Source: a virus (taxonomy: Duplodnaviria; Caudoviricetes). From it: DNA of 36,087 nucleotides. How positions within the stretch are numbered: position 1 is the first letter of the stretch; every line of letters starts with the position of its first letter. The position numbers were made by a program, and so were the translations under genes. This document shows, piece by piece, positions 8,333 through 16,379 of the stretch. The notes beneath the pieces are model-generated. The model worked only from the letters and a program-made list of their open reading frames with translations. It was not told where the DNA came from and made no database searches. The stretch lies in the IMG/VR virus record IMGVR_UViG_3300033067_000649, positions 1 to 36,087 of that record; one strand, 5' to 3'.

Positions 8333-8360
8333 TTGACACGGATTGTTAAACTGGTATAGT
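8333..8360 (+). promoter_or_regulatory. sigma70 early promoter with extended -10
   Basis: TTGACA-16 bp-TATAGT with TGn extension; AAAGGGGA SD downstream. Confidence 0.7.
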
Positions 8361-8381
8361 TAACTCATGAAAGGGGACATC

Positions 8382-8570
8382 ATGCAAGATAAAATAAGAA
8401 TAACGAAAACAGACTTGAGGAAGCACGGCCATAAGATATTAAAAGCACACGGCAAAGGTTATATGCTCGATAATTACTACGCTATAAACAGAAGCTGGTT
8501 TAACTCACAAGCAATTATTTATGCATATCAAGCAGAGAATAAGACTATTGAAGGCGGTCAATGGAATTAG
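8382..8570 (+). CDS. hypothetical protein
   Basis: AAAGGGGA SD before ATG8382. Confidence 0.6.
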   Translation: MQDKIRITKTDLRKHGHKILKAHGKGYMLDNYYAINRSWFNSQAIIYAYQAENKTIEGGQWN

Positions 8571-8694
8571 AACCCTAGATAGGACTAGGCCAGTCTGAAA
8601 AGAGCCGACGGGCTAAATCGAAGGTTCGGGGACGATCAATTTATATAAAACTATAAATATTTAATGGCCCCGCTAAGTGAGGATCGTAGCTTGG
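8570..8694 (+). ncRNA. candidate structured intergenic RNA with possible pseudoknot
   Basis: GAACC/GGTTC, CTAG/CTAG, AGCC/GGCT, CGGGG/CCCCG, ATTTATA/TATAAAT, CTAAGT/GCTTGG; ACGATC(8632)/GATCGT(8682). Confidence 0.4.
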
Positions 8695-8706
8695 CTAATT
8701 ATTAAA

Positions 8707-8931
8707 AGGAGAAGGTATGAAAAGTAAATATTTAGTATTGTTATTTAGTTTAATCTCTTTAGTTTTTTCTTTATTTGCACTTACTGTAAATTTATCGAGG
8801 TTGTAAATGACGAAAGAAAAAGAATTAGGGATTTTCATTGCTGAAATGGTTAATAGCTTGCCAGACAGTGGCGATAACTTTAAAGACTGCTTTACGTTAG
8901 CCAAAGCCATAATCCAACGCTATCCACAAAT
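8707..8931 (+). repeat. direct repeat, copy 1 (~225 bp)
   Basis: Aligns without gaps to 10257-10481 (offset 1550). Confidence 0.92.
8717..8806 (+). CDS. 29-aa hydrophobic peptide, copy 1
   Basis: AGGAGAAGGT SD; MKSKYLVLLFSLISLVFSLFALTVNLSRL*. Confidence 0.6.
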   Translation: MKSKYLVLLFSLISLVFSLFALTVNLSRL

Positions 8932-9082
8932 ATTGGCTGAGAAGGTTTGGGAAGGTGATGTTGGAACCATTTTTGCAAATGGAAAGTGTGTTTATCAGAC
9001 AGAGTTTTTTGATATGCCAAATAAAGAATGGAAAAATCATTTAAAGAAAGTTCAATTATTTATCAGGGAGGTAGTTTCATGA
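8807..9082 (+). CDS. hypothetical protein, N-terminus paralogous to 10357-10599
   Basis: First ~42 aa nearly identical to the paralogue; GAGG SD. Confidence 0.75.
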   Translation: MTKEKELGIFIAEMVNSLPDSGDNFKDCFTLAKAIIQRYPQILAEKVWEGDVGTIFANGKCVYQTEFFDMPNKEWKNHLKKVQLFIREVVS

Positions 9083-9384
9083 CCCATCAAACCAATGAAG
9101 AGTTGAGAGAGAAGATAGCGAGCATAGTTAAAGATGTTAGGCGAGAAACAGATGGGCATTATGACGCAGTTGACGAAATCATGTCCCTCATCCCACAGCC
9201 GGAGCAGTTGTTAAAAGATCACATGATTGCCGACCTAAACAACATGGTGAGGGATGAACTAAATGAAAAGATTCCTAATCTTCCAGAATGTTTGAGAGAG
9301 TTAATCTGGAGAGCAACGGATAAATGGATACGTAAACATGGTTTAAAGTCAGTCACTAACGAACCAGAGGGAGGAGTAAAGTGA
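9079..9384 (+). CDS. hypothetical protein
   Basis: GGAGG SD, ATGA coupling at 9079. Confidence 0.7.
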   Translation: MTHQTNEELREKIASIVKDVRRETDGHYDAVDEIMSLIPQPEQLLKDHMIADLNNMVRDELNEKIPNLPECLRELIWRATDKWIRKHGLKSVTNEPEGGVK

Positions 9385-9551
9385 GTGAAAAGATAATTGT
9401 TGAAAAGTTTTCTGTTGATGAAAAACTCCCAGAATATGACCACGAATGTATTGTTTGGTTTAAGGATGGCGGTATCTATGTTGGTGAATATAAAGGTTAC
9501 TGGGACACAATTATTGGCAGAACGGTTACTCATTGGGCAATGATGCCATGA
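9381..9551 (+). CDS. DUF551-like small phage protein
   Basis: GGAGG SD, GTG start; FSVDEKLPE...VTHWAMMP resembles the SVxExLP...VTHW pattern; not in ORF track. Confidence 0.65.
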   Translation: MSEKIIVEKFSVDEKLPEYDHECIVWFKDGGIYVGEYKGYWDTIIGRTVTHWAMMP

Positions 9552-9583
9552 ATAACAACATAATAGAGGGAAAGGGGAAAGAT

Positions 9584-9838
9584 ATGAGTGGGATTAGCAA
9601 CGATAGAAAATTCACTAAGTTTAAAATTGGTGAACGAGTTATAGGCGAAAACGTATCAGGAGATATTGTTAAGTTAACAGTTGGCGGGTATATGGATCAA
9701 CCACCGATACCTTTGGCTGACTGGAAATACCAATTTTTTGATAAAGGAAATGAAGAGGATGGCTGGTACGACGATAGAAACTTTAGAGAAATGACAGGAA
9801 TAGAATTGCTGGAAGAATTAGCGGAACAATCAACATAA
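9584..9838 (+). CDS. hypothetical SH3/KOW-like protein
   Basis: AAAGGGGA SD; TKFKIGERV start. Confidence 0.65.
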   Translation: MSGISNDRKFTKFKIGERVIGENVSGDIVKLTVGGYMDQPPIPLADWKYQFFDKGNEEDGWYDDRNFREMTGIELLEELAEQST

Positions 9839-9959
9839 CAGAGGGAGAACAATGATTAAAGAATGGCCATAAACTTTTACCAACTGCCGGATGTGACAAT
9901 TTCGATCACCAAAAAGGATGCCTTGGGCATGAGGATGAAGTAATAAAGGAGACTTTGAA

Positions 9960-10199
9960 ATGAGAATTGATCCTTCATGTGATATTTGTCCTTATTCAGT
10001 GTATATACAAGAAAAAAGTCACAAGACTTATTATCCCGACGATCGAACAGTAGTTAATGAAAATGGTTATTCAGCATGTTCAAAACTTAATTCTTTTGTA
10101 GACCATGAAGGTGTTCAGCATTATGAAGCTAATTTTATTGTAAAAAAGGACAAATCAAAACTTACTAATTGCCCAATATCTTTTTTGGAAATATTTTAG
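9960..10199 (+). CDS. Cys-rich hypothetical protein
   Basis: AAGGAG SD; CxxCP...C...CP. Confidence 0.7.
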   Translation: MRIDPSCDICPYSVYIQEKSHKTYYPDDRTVVNENGYSACSKLNSFVDHEGVQHYEANFIVKKDKSKLTNCPISFLEIF

Positions 10200-10256
10200 G
10201 AGGACACATGACTGAGCAGGAAAAAGATTTAGTAAGTTTTCTTTATACATTACCAG

Positions 10257-10481
10257 AGGAGAAGGTATGGAAAGTAAATATTTAATATTGTTATTTAGTT
10301 TAATCTCTTTAGTTTTTTCTTTATTTGCACTTACTGTAAATTTATTGAGGTTGTAAATGACGAAAGAAAAAGAATTAGGGATTTTCATTGCTGAAATGGT
10401 TAATGGGCTTCCTGATAGTGGGGACAACTTTAAAGACTGCTTTACTTTAGCCAAAGCCATCATAGCCAAGTACCCCCAAAT
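10257..10481 (+). repeat. direct repeat, copy 2 (~225 bp)
   Basis: Aligns to 8707-8931. Confidence 0.92.
10267..10356 (+). CDS. 29-aa hydrophobic peptide, copy 2
   Basis: MESKYLILLFSLISLVFSLFALTVNLLRL*. Confidence 0.6.
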   Translation: MESKYLILLFSLISLVFSLFALTVNLLRL

Positions 10482-10599
10482 CACTAAGAAGCCTGTGAAG
10501 ATAATTTTAGAGAATGAATATTTTGCACATATAGTTTTGCCTTCAAAAGAACAACGCCAAGAATGGATAGATCAACATTATGTAGAGGTAGTGGAATGA
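10357..10599 (+). CDS. hypothetical protein, N-terminus paralogous to 8807-9082
   Basis: Shared N-terminus, unrelated C-terminus. Confidence 0.75.
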   Translation: MTKEKELGIFIAEMVNGLPDSGDNFKDCFTLAKAIIAKYPQITKKPVKIILENEYFAHIVLPSKEQRQEWIDQHYVEVVE

Positions 10600-10826
10600 T
10601 TAAAGAATTTTGTATGGCATGTAGAGGGACAGGGATTTCTGGTTACTATAACTCAGCAACGAGTCATAAAGTTATTGATTGCGATTATTGCCAAGGCAAA
10701 GGGTACACGGAGCTTGAGCCTATTCATACAGACATAGAAAGCGCATTTGCAAGAATGATAGGTTTATTTGATATTGATAATGATAGAGCTATTGAAGTCT
10801 ATATTAAGGAGTTAAAGAATGAGTAA
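10596..10826 (+). CDS. DnaJ-type zinc-finger small protein
   Basis: Two CxxCxGxG motifs (CMACRGTG, CDYCQGKG); ATGA coupling. Confidence 0.7.
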   Translation: MIKEFCMACRGTGISGYYNSATSHKVIDCDYCQGKGYTELEPIHTDIESAFARMIGLFDIDNDRAIEVYIKELKNE

Positions 10827-11034
10827 CTTTTATTTTTGTGACAAATGCGACAAACCGACAGATTTAATATTTAACGAACTAACATTACAAATGATTTGTA
10901 AATATTGTCATGATACAAACTGGCATGCAGAAATAGATAAAGGGACTCATTACGAACAAGTAAGAGAGTCAAAGATACATCCCGGCTCAACACATAGAGT
11001 AGGAGACATTGAGAAGTTAAATAGGAAAGAATAG
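10819..11034 (+). CDS. zinc-ribbon small protein
   Basis: CDKC...CKYC; AAGGAG SD. Confidence 0.65.
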   Translation: MSNFYFCDKCDKPTDLIFNELTLQMICKYCHDTNWHAEIDKGTHYEQVRESKIHPGSTHRVGDIEKLNRKE

Positions 11035-11038
11035 AAAA

Positions 11039-11138
11039 GCCGTGAACAATAGCTGGCTCCATGCCGGCTGACTTGAGAGGGTAGCCACCGGCCGAAAATA
11101 GTGGGAAGCCTTGATATAGTCGTGTTTGTTGTTCTGGC
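11039..11138 (+). ncRNA. candidate long irregular hairpin (leader or processing element)
   Basis: GAACAATAG/TTGTTGTTC, GGCTCCAT/GTGGGAAGCC, GGCTGACTT-GAGA-GGGTAGCC (GNRA loop). Confidence 0.4.
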
Positions 11139-11158
11139 CTCTAATAAAAGGAGAGAGC

Positions 11159-11299
11159 ATGAAGACAAAGAAAGAGATTGAGAAGAAATTGAAACAACTT
11201 TATAGGAAATCTTTGAAAGACCATAGCGTTGAATGGATTTATAAATATTCAGCTCTTGAGTGGGTTCTCTCAGACACTAAGAAGGAGAAGAAGAAATGA
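11159..11299 (+). CDS. hypothetical 46-aa protein
   Basis: AAGGAG SD; MKTKKEIEKKL...ALEWVL; not in ORF track. Confidence 0.6.
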   Translation: MKTKKEIEKKLKQLYRKSLKDHSVEWIYKYSALEWVLSDTKKEKKK

Positions 11300-11385
11300 G
11301 TTTAGGAAGTTTTTTAGGTGCTTTATGTGGTGGATTGGTTATGTTTGTGATAGCGATAATCGCTACTAAAATAATGTATAAATGA
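11296..11385 (+). CDS. 29-aa single-TM peptide
   Basis: AAGGAG SD, ATGA-coupled at both ends; MSLGSFLGALCGGLVMFVIAIIATKIMYK. Confidence 0.55.
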   Translation: MSLGSFLGALCGGLVMFVIAIIATKIMYK

Positions 11386-11576
11386 ACCATAAAATAAGCT
11401 CCTTTAACTACTACTGTATCCCCAAAGAAGACCGAGAGTTAGCCACTGAATGGAGTAGTCGTTTGTACGCTAAGATTAAGCACGAAAAAGGGGATTTTTA
11501 TATGGATTTAAAGGTCTGGTTATCGTGTATTTTTTTAAAGAATATGAAGGAAGTTATTGGGAAGGATTTGAAGTGA
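11382..11576 (+). CDS. hypothetical protein
   Basis: ATGA-coupled ORF. Confidence 0.6.
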   Translation: MNHKISSFNYYCIPKEDRELATEWSSRLYAKIKHEKGDFYMDLKVWLSCIFLKNMKEVIGKDLK

Positions 11577-11875
11577 TTGAATTTGTCTTTAAAATAATAG
11601 ATAAGATAGCCGTAAAATATATTGAGTGGAGAAGTGATTATACTCGATACGCAATGGTTGCTTTGTATCATTTAGCATTAAAAAGACATAAGAGACGGAC
11701 GTTTTATACATACGAAAAAGAAAACTATATTTGGAAATGCGTTGATGAATGTATTTTTTGTGGAGGTCAAAAAGAATTATATAAAGACGAACATAAATAT
11801 AAAGTCGATGCCTTCTTAGAAGAAAATCCTTTAATACAAACATCTTTAATTGACTGCAAAGGAAAGTGGAGATAA
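11573..11875 (+). CDS. hypothetical protein
   Basis: GTGA overlap start within the 11525-11875 ORF. Confidence 0.6.
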   Translation: MIEFVFKIIDKIAVKYIEWRSDYTRYAMVALYHLALKRHKRRTFYTYEKENYIWKCVDECIFCGGQKELYKDEHKYKVDAFLEENPLIQTSLIDCKGKWR

Positions 11876-12178
11876 ATGAACAAAAAAATAATTGAAGACA
11901 AAAAATTTGACTTCGGCCAATGGAAAACATGGTGCGCCAGCCGTTCAATAGACTTAGACCGTAGAATCCATATCCTTAAAGAGGCCAAAGAATATGTGGA
12001 AAACAAAGAAGAGTTATGGAGAACTCTAGTAAGTTTATGTTCTCAAAAACTGTTCTTAGAGTCAGTAGTAAGACGTGCTAGTAATAACGACACAGTTGAC
12101 ATCATTGCACGGGACATGAAGAAAAAGGCTTTGAGGGATATTGATAAATGGGAATCAAACCAAGGGAACGGTGATTGA
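11876..12178 (+). CDS. hypothetical helical protein
   Basis: GGAG SD; abuts previous stop. Confidence 0.7.
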   Translation: MNKKIIEDKKFDFGQWKTWCASRSIDLDRRIHILKEAKEYVENKEELWRTLVSLCSQKLFLESVVRRASNNDTVDIIARDMKKKALRDIDKWESNQGNGD

Positions 12179-12179
12179 T

Positions 12180-12407
12180 ATGGCTTGTGTAAATGAACAA
12201 TGTGATTTTTTCCCATTTTATGGAGTAGCGCCACATGAACACAAGGTTAAGGACTGGAGAAATCTTTCGGCTAATCCTGCTATGTGGTTTAATTCGACTA
12301 AGGTCTTATCAAAAAAAGAATGGCCAGAAAGTTTTGTAGAAGATAAAGATTCCCCCGGTTGCGGAACTTATTATTGTCCAAACTGTTTAAAAGGAATAAA
12401 TGATTAA
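12180..12407 (+). CDS. Cys/His-rich metal-binding protein
   Basis: MACVNEQC...PHEH...GCGTYYCPNC; GGTG SD. Confidence 0.65.
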   Translation: MACVNEQCDFFPFYGVAPHEHKVKDWRNLSANPAMWFNSTKVLSKKEWPESFVEDKDSPGCGTYYCPNCLKGIND

Positions 12408-12610
12408 GAAATCTGCCATGATTAGGCATGTTCGGGGGGAAAACAATATCGGAGAACAAGGGCTTAGCTCTTCCTTTATTTGGAAGCTTATTGTTACTCT
12501 TATCTCTTCCATTTTGGTGTATGGTTATTTTATGGCAGGATAAAGGCGAGTATTGGGACGACCTTGTGGAGTGGCTCAAGAAGCGTGGCGGGGGACGAAT
12601 TGATATATAG

Positions 12611-12639
12611 TTGATTTTTACTTTTAAATAATACATACT
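12611..12639 (+). promoter_or_regulatory. putative sigma70 promoter for the sugar operon
   Basis: TTGATT-17 bp-CATACT in the gap before the operon. Confidence 0.45.
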
Positions 12640-12650
12640 CGCCTTGTGGG

Positions 12651-13289
12651 GTGGCACGAGTGGCGCAAATAATCTTAGATTACTCAGCTAATACATTTAA
12701 GAACGATAAAAAACTCATAAAACGTGGGATAGATGAAATTAAAAAAATTGATAGTGGCAAGCATGAAATTGTTTTCAAAACGCAATTATTCACTAAGGCA
12801 GGAGATAATATTCCTTGCACTCATGAATCATTTGAATATCTTTATGAGTACGGAAATTCACAAGGGTATAAAGTAACTGCAAGCGTATTTGATAAAGAGA
12901 GTTTAGAGTATCTTTTGAAGTTCGACGTGCCTTTTATTAAGATTGCAAACAGACCTGATTTATATTGGTTAAAGAATGAAATTTTAGAATACAAGCAAAA
13001 AAATAATATCCCCCAACATTCAGAGCCATTGGTATACATGTCTTTTAATAAAAAGATTGAGGCCGGCTTAGAAGGATCGTATGCTTTCTATTGTGTTTCT
13101 GAATATCCAGCAAAGATTGATGACTACCCATCTAGCTATAAACTATTATCAGACCATACTGAAGGATTGGATTTATTTATAATTTCAAAGCCTGAAAAAT
13201 GGGAAAAGCACTACAAGCTATCAGATAGCACAGGTTTAGATGCTGGATCATTTGCTGTTACAGCCGAAGACTTGAAAGAAATTCTATGA
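12651..13289 (+). CDS. NeuB/PseI/LegI-family nonulosonic acid synthase, TIM barrel only (start possibly GTG12660)
   Basis: FKTQLF, ASVFDKESL, FIKIAN, CVSEYPA, LSDHTEG, WEKHYKL...GLD match NeuB motifs; no C-terminal SAF domain. Confidence 0.85.
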   Translation: MARVAQIILDYSANTFKNDKKLIKRGIDEIKKIDSGKHEIVFKTQLFTKAGDNIPCTHESFEYLYEYGNSQGYKVTASVFDKESLEYLLKFDVPFIKIANRPDLYWLKNEILEYKQKNNIPQHSEPLVYMSFNKKIEAGLEGSYAFYCVSEYPAKIDDYPSSYKLLSDHTEGLDLFIISKPEKWEKHYKLSDSTGLDAGSFAVTAEDLKEIL

Positions 13290-13810
13290 AACTTCGGGCA
13301 ATCGAAAAAAAAGACTTAGAGATTATTCGAAAGTGGAGAAATGAATCTATGGAGTCTTTGCGCACTCCTTATTTTTTAACTGAGAAAATGCAATCAGATT
13401 TCTATGATAATCAACTTTCAAACAGATCATTCAATGGAAGGCTATATGCTATTCAGGCGCATACATATTGTGAAGAGACTGAGGAACTTGTCGGGTATGG
13501 CGGTCTAAATCCTATATCTTGGGAAAACAGAATAGGAGAGATTGCTTTGCTCATAGGGACAGAATATCAAAAAAGTAAATTTAAATACGGGCAAAGAGCC
13601 ATTGAATTAATACTAGAGGAAGGTTTTAAAAACCTTAATTTAAAGACCATATATGGTGAACATTACATGGGAGAGAATAAATATTTTTGGGAAAAGATTA
13701 TCAAGAAATATAACTTTACAACCGCAAGGCTCCCCAACAAGAAATTTCACAATGGCAGGTATTTAGATTCTATTTACTTTAGTTTAGATAGGGATAACTA
13801 TAAATGTTAG
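13286..13810 (+). CDS. RimJ/RimL-type GNAT N-acetyltransferase, PseH-like
   Basis: KLRAIEKKDLEIIRKWRN, LVGYGGLNPISWENRIGE, FKNLNLKTIYGE; operon context. Confidence 0.8.
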   Translation: MKLRAIEKKDLEIIRKWRNESMESLRTPYFLTEKMQSDFYDNQLSNRSFNGRLYAIQAHTYCEETEELVGYGGLNPISWENRIGEIALLIGTEYQKSKFKYGQRAIELILEEGFKNLNLKTIYGEHYMGENKYFWEKIIKKYNFTTARLPNKKFHNGRYLDSIYFSLDRDNYKC

Positions 13811-14571
13811 TTATAGGCAATGGATATATAGGGAATAAGATTGCAGAGCATTTCGAATGCGAAATATATAATGGGAGAATAGAAACTTATGAGGACGCTC
13901 AAAATGCTTGTTCAGGTCATGATGTTGTTTTTAATTGCGCAGGGCTTGCTGATGTTGACTTATCCGAAGCGGACCCAAGAAAAGCGTTCGATGAAAACGT
14001 CACAACGGCCTCGCTATTAGCCTTAACCACTAAATATAAAAAGCTAGTTCATTTCTCTACAGGCTGTCAGGTAGACGGTGATCTTACGGATGACATGAAG
14101 GGATCGGATCAAACCATATACGCACTCACAAAAGGGATCTCTGAATACACTGTCTCAAGAATAAATCCCAACGCTTTAATAATTAGGCTTCGGGTTCCGT
14201 TTGGGATAGACGCCAATCATAGAGAGCTAATAACTAAGTTTAGAACATTTAATAAATTCCATGATGAATTACAAAGCTATACCTGCATTGAGGATATGCT
14301 ATTTGTTATCGGAGAACTATTAAACAAAAGAGCTAACGGACTTTATAACGTGGCTAATCCTGGCTATCTCAGTCCGTATCAAATAGCTCTAATCATGAGT
14401 AAATATTATCCAGATATGACTATTGAGAAGTACGACTTCGCACAAATCAAAACTAAAGTAAAACGAGTTAATACTAGGATGATCTGTAAGAGATTAGAGA
14501 ACGACGGGATTAAGTTACGGACAGCAAAAGACGCTCTTATAGAGTGTCTGGAAAGAAGGAAAAATGGTTAA
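13804..14571 (+). CDS. RmlD-like NAD(P)-dependent nucleotide-sugar reductase/epimerase (SDR)
   Basis: GNGYIG, VFNCAG, HFSTG, YALTK (YxxxK). Confidence 0.82.
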   Translation: MLVIGNGYIGNKIAEHFECEIYNGRIETYEDAQNACSGHDVVFNCAGLADVDLSEADPRKAFDENVTTASLLALTTKYKKLVHFSTGCQVDGDLTDDMKGSDQTIYALTKGISEYTVSRINPNALIIRLRVPFGIDANHRELITKFRTFNKFHDELQSYTCIEDMLFVIGELLNKRANGLYNVANPGYLSPYQIALIMSKYYPDMTIEKYDFAQIKTKVKRVNTRMICKRLENDGIKLRTAKDALIECLERRKNG

Positions 14572-15469
14572 CCAATACGAATTAAATCCTGAGTTTTGGA
14601 GAGGCAAGGTAGTCGTAGTTTTGGGTGGGACAGGATCAATGGGAAAAGGAATGGTTAACGAGCTTTTGAAGCTACCAGTCAAAACAATCAGGGTTGCGGG
14701 TCAGACAGAATTATCTAAATATAAATTTATTACTGAATTCAGAGACAAAGAGGGATATAAGGAAAAGGTACATGCAAAGATAAGAAACATTCGAGACTAT
14801 GAAGGAATCTTAAGATTAACAAATGGCGCTGATATTGTGCTAAATGCCGCCGCTATGAAAGATGTTACTTCAGGAATCCAAGACCCAGACGAAACATATC
14901 ATACAAATATCATCGGAAACATGAACGTACGAAATGCTTGTATTAAAAACGACGTAGATGTTTGCCTGTTCGTGTCTACCGACAAAGCAACTAATCCGAC
15001 TACTTTTTACGGTAAGACTAAATTCATGGCCGAAGGAATTTACGAATCTGGTAACAACGAGAAGCCTCAATCGTGCCGGACTAAGTTTGGAAGTACACGG
15101 GCAGGAAACCTTTTCGGGTCACGTCGCTCAGTGATCGAGCAATGGGACGAATGGTATAAGTTAGAAAACATCCCTGAGTTTAAAGTCACCTCTTTAGACA
15201 TGACTAGATTCTTTATCTCTATCGAACGTGTAGCCCGTTATCAATTATGGTGCGCTGAACGGATCACTGGAAAAGAACTTACGCCGTTTGTCCCTGAAAT
15301 TTTAGGTTGTTCACTCAGAGAGATTTTAGAGAAGCGTTACCCTAAAGCTAAATATAAAGTAATCGGAATCTTTGAAGGCGAAAAGCTTTATGAGGAGTTT
15401 CCAGGCAATATGCGCTCAGACCTGAAACCTTGGTTAGTCAGCTATGAGGAGCTAATGCAGAATCTATGA
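14564..15469 (+). CDS. UDP-GlcNAc 4,6-dehydratase, PseB/FlaA1/CapD family
   Basis: GGTGSMG, NAAAMKDV, STDKATNP, YGKTKFMAE, GNLFGSR, MTRFFI, GEKLYEE. Confidence 0.9.
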   Translation: MVNQYELNPEFWRGKVVVVLGGTGSMGKGMVNELLKLPVKTIRVAGQTELSKYKFITEFRDKEGYKEKVHAKIRNIRDYEGILRLTNGADIVLNAAAMKDVTSGIQDPDETYHTNIIGNMNVRNACIKNDVDVCLFVSTDKATNPTTFYGKTKFMAEGIYESGNNEKPQSCRTKFGSTRAGNLFGSRRSVIEQWDEWYKLENIPEFKVTSLDMTRFFISIERVARYQLWCAERITGKELTPFVPEILGCSLREILEKRYPKAKYKVIGIFEGEKLYEEFPGNMRSDLKPWLVSYEELMQNL

Positions 15470-16371
15470 TAAAACCAAGCACAGCGTCTAAAGAACATTT
15501 GCCAGTTATAAAAAAAGCTTGGGGCAAACACTGTTGGGATTTAAAGAACAAGAGATATTTAGATTTTACTGGGGCGAACTTAACAACTATTTTAGGCTAT
15601 AGACAGTTTAGATTTAAAAAAAGTCCTAATTTCCCAGGAAAATCAGAATTAGAAGACAATGTTTCTAAAAAGCTTTCTAAGTATACAAAGACAAAATACT
15701 TTAGATATTTCAAGAATGGACATAATGCAGTTGATTGTGCAATTCGGATAGCTGGAGGAATTTTTGGGCAATCCTACAGAGTAGGTTTTATCGGTTATGC
15801 GGGAACTTCAGATCTATATATATGGACTACAGAAAATAAAAGAGGTGTTAAACCTCAGATGTCATGGCAAATTTCAAATTTCGAAAATCAAATTCCTATT
15901 GATATATTGGTTTTTGAATCTAGGTATTTTGAATTGGCAAAGAAAGTTGATTGTGAATTTAAAATTTGTGATCATCTTAAATCCGGAATAAACGGACTAT
16001 GGGAAAACATAGAATCCGACTTCCATCTGTACGGAAAATCTTTAGCTAATGGTTATCCTGTGGCTGTCATGACTGGCAAAAATAAATACATGAAACGAAT
16101 CGATGAAATCTATTACTCGACTACCTTTGGTGGGGATAACGTCGGATTAGAAGCAATCGAACAAACACTAAAGAAATATGATCGTAAGAAATGGTTGAAA
16201 TTAAAAGAATACGCCGACTCAGTTCTCCCGCCTTGGCAATCACTTAAGCCAGAACAGATTAAGAAGTTCACAAAAGAAGGTGTATTATTTAACGGCTACT
16301 GGGCAATTTTAATGTCTCACGCAAAGGAGGACATAGACAGATTAGCGTCTCTTTGTAAAAAAATTCTATAG
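15466..16371 (+). CDS. class III PLP-dependent aminotransferase (HemL-like), shortened
   Basis: WDLKNKRYLDF, RYFKNG, YGKSLANGYPVA (PLP lysine), STTFGG. Confidence 0.82.
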   Translation: MIKPSTASKEHLPVIKKAWGKHCWDLKNKRYLDFTGANLTTILGYRQFRFKKSPNFPGKSELEDNVSKKLSKYTKTKYFRYFKNGHNAVDCAIRIAGGIFGQSYRVGFIGYAGTSDLYIWTTENKRGVKPQMSWQISNFENQIPIDILVFESRYFELAKKVDCEFKICDHLKSGINGLWENIESDFHLYGKSLANGYPVAVMTGKNKYMKRIDEIYYSTTFGGDNVGLEAIEQTLKKYDRKKWLKLKEYADSVLPPWQSLKPEQIKKFTKEGVLFNGYWAILMSHAKEDIDRLASLCKKIL

Positions 16372-16379
16372 GAGGTTTT

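Noticed and set aside
8595-8622. Hammerhead ribozyme core (CTGA...GA-stem-GAA)
   Set aside because: Spacing does not fit CUGAnGA...GAAA and stems I/III cannot be formed
8707-10481. Repeat pair as DGR template/variable repeats
   Set aside because: Differences are mainly synonymous and not adenine-specific; no reverse transcriptase in the window
11062-11093. Resemblance to a 16S rRNA segment (GCCGG..TGAGAGGGT..CCGGCC)
   Set aside because: Short gapped match with no flanking rRNA similarity; explained by a GNRA hairpin
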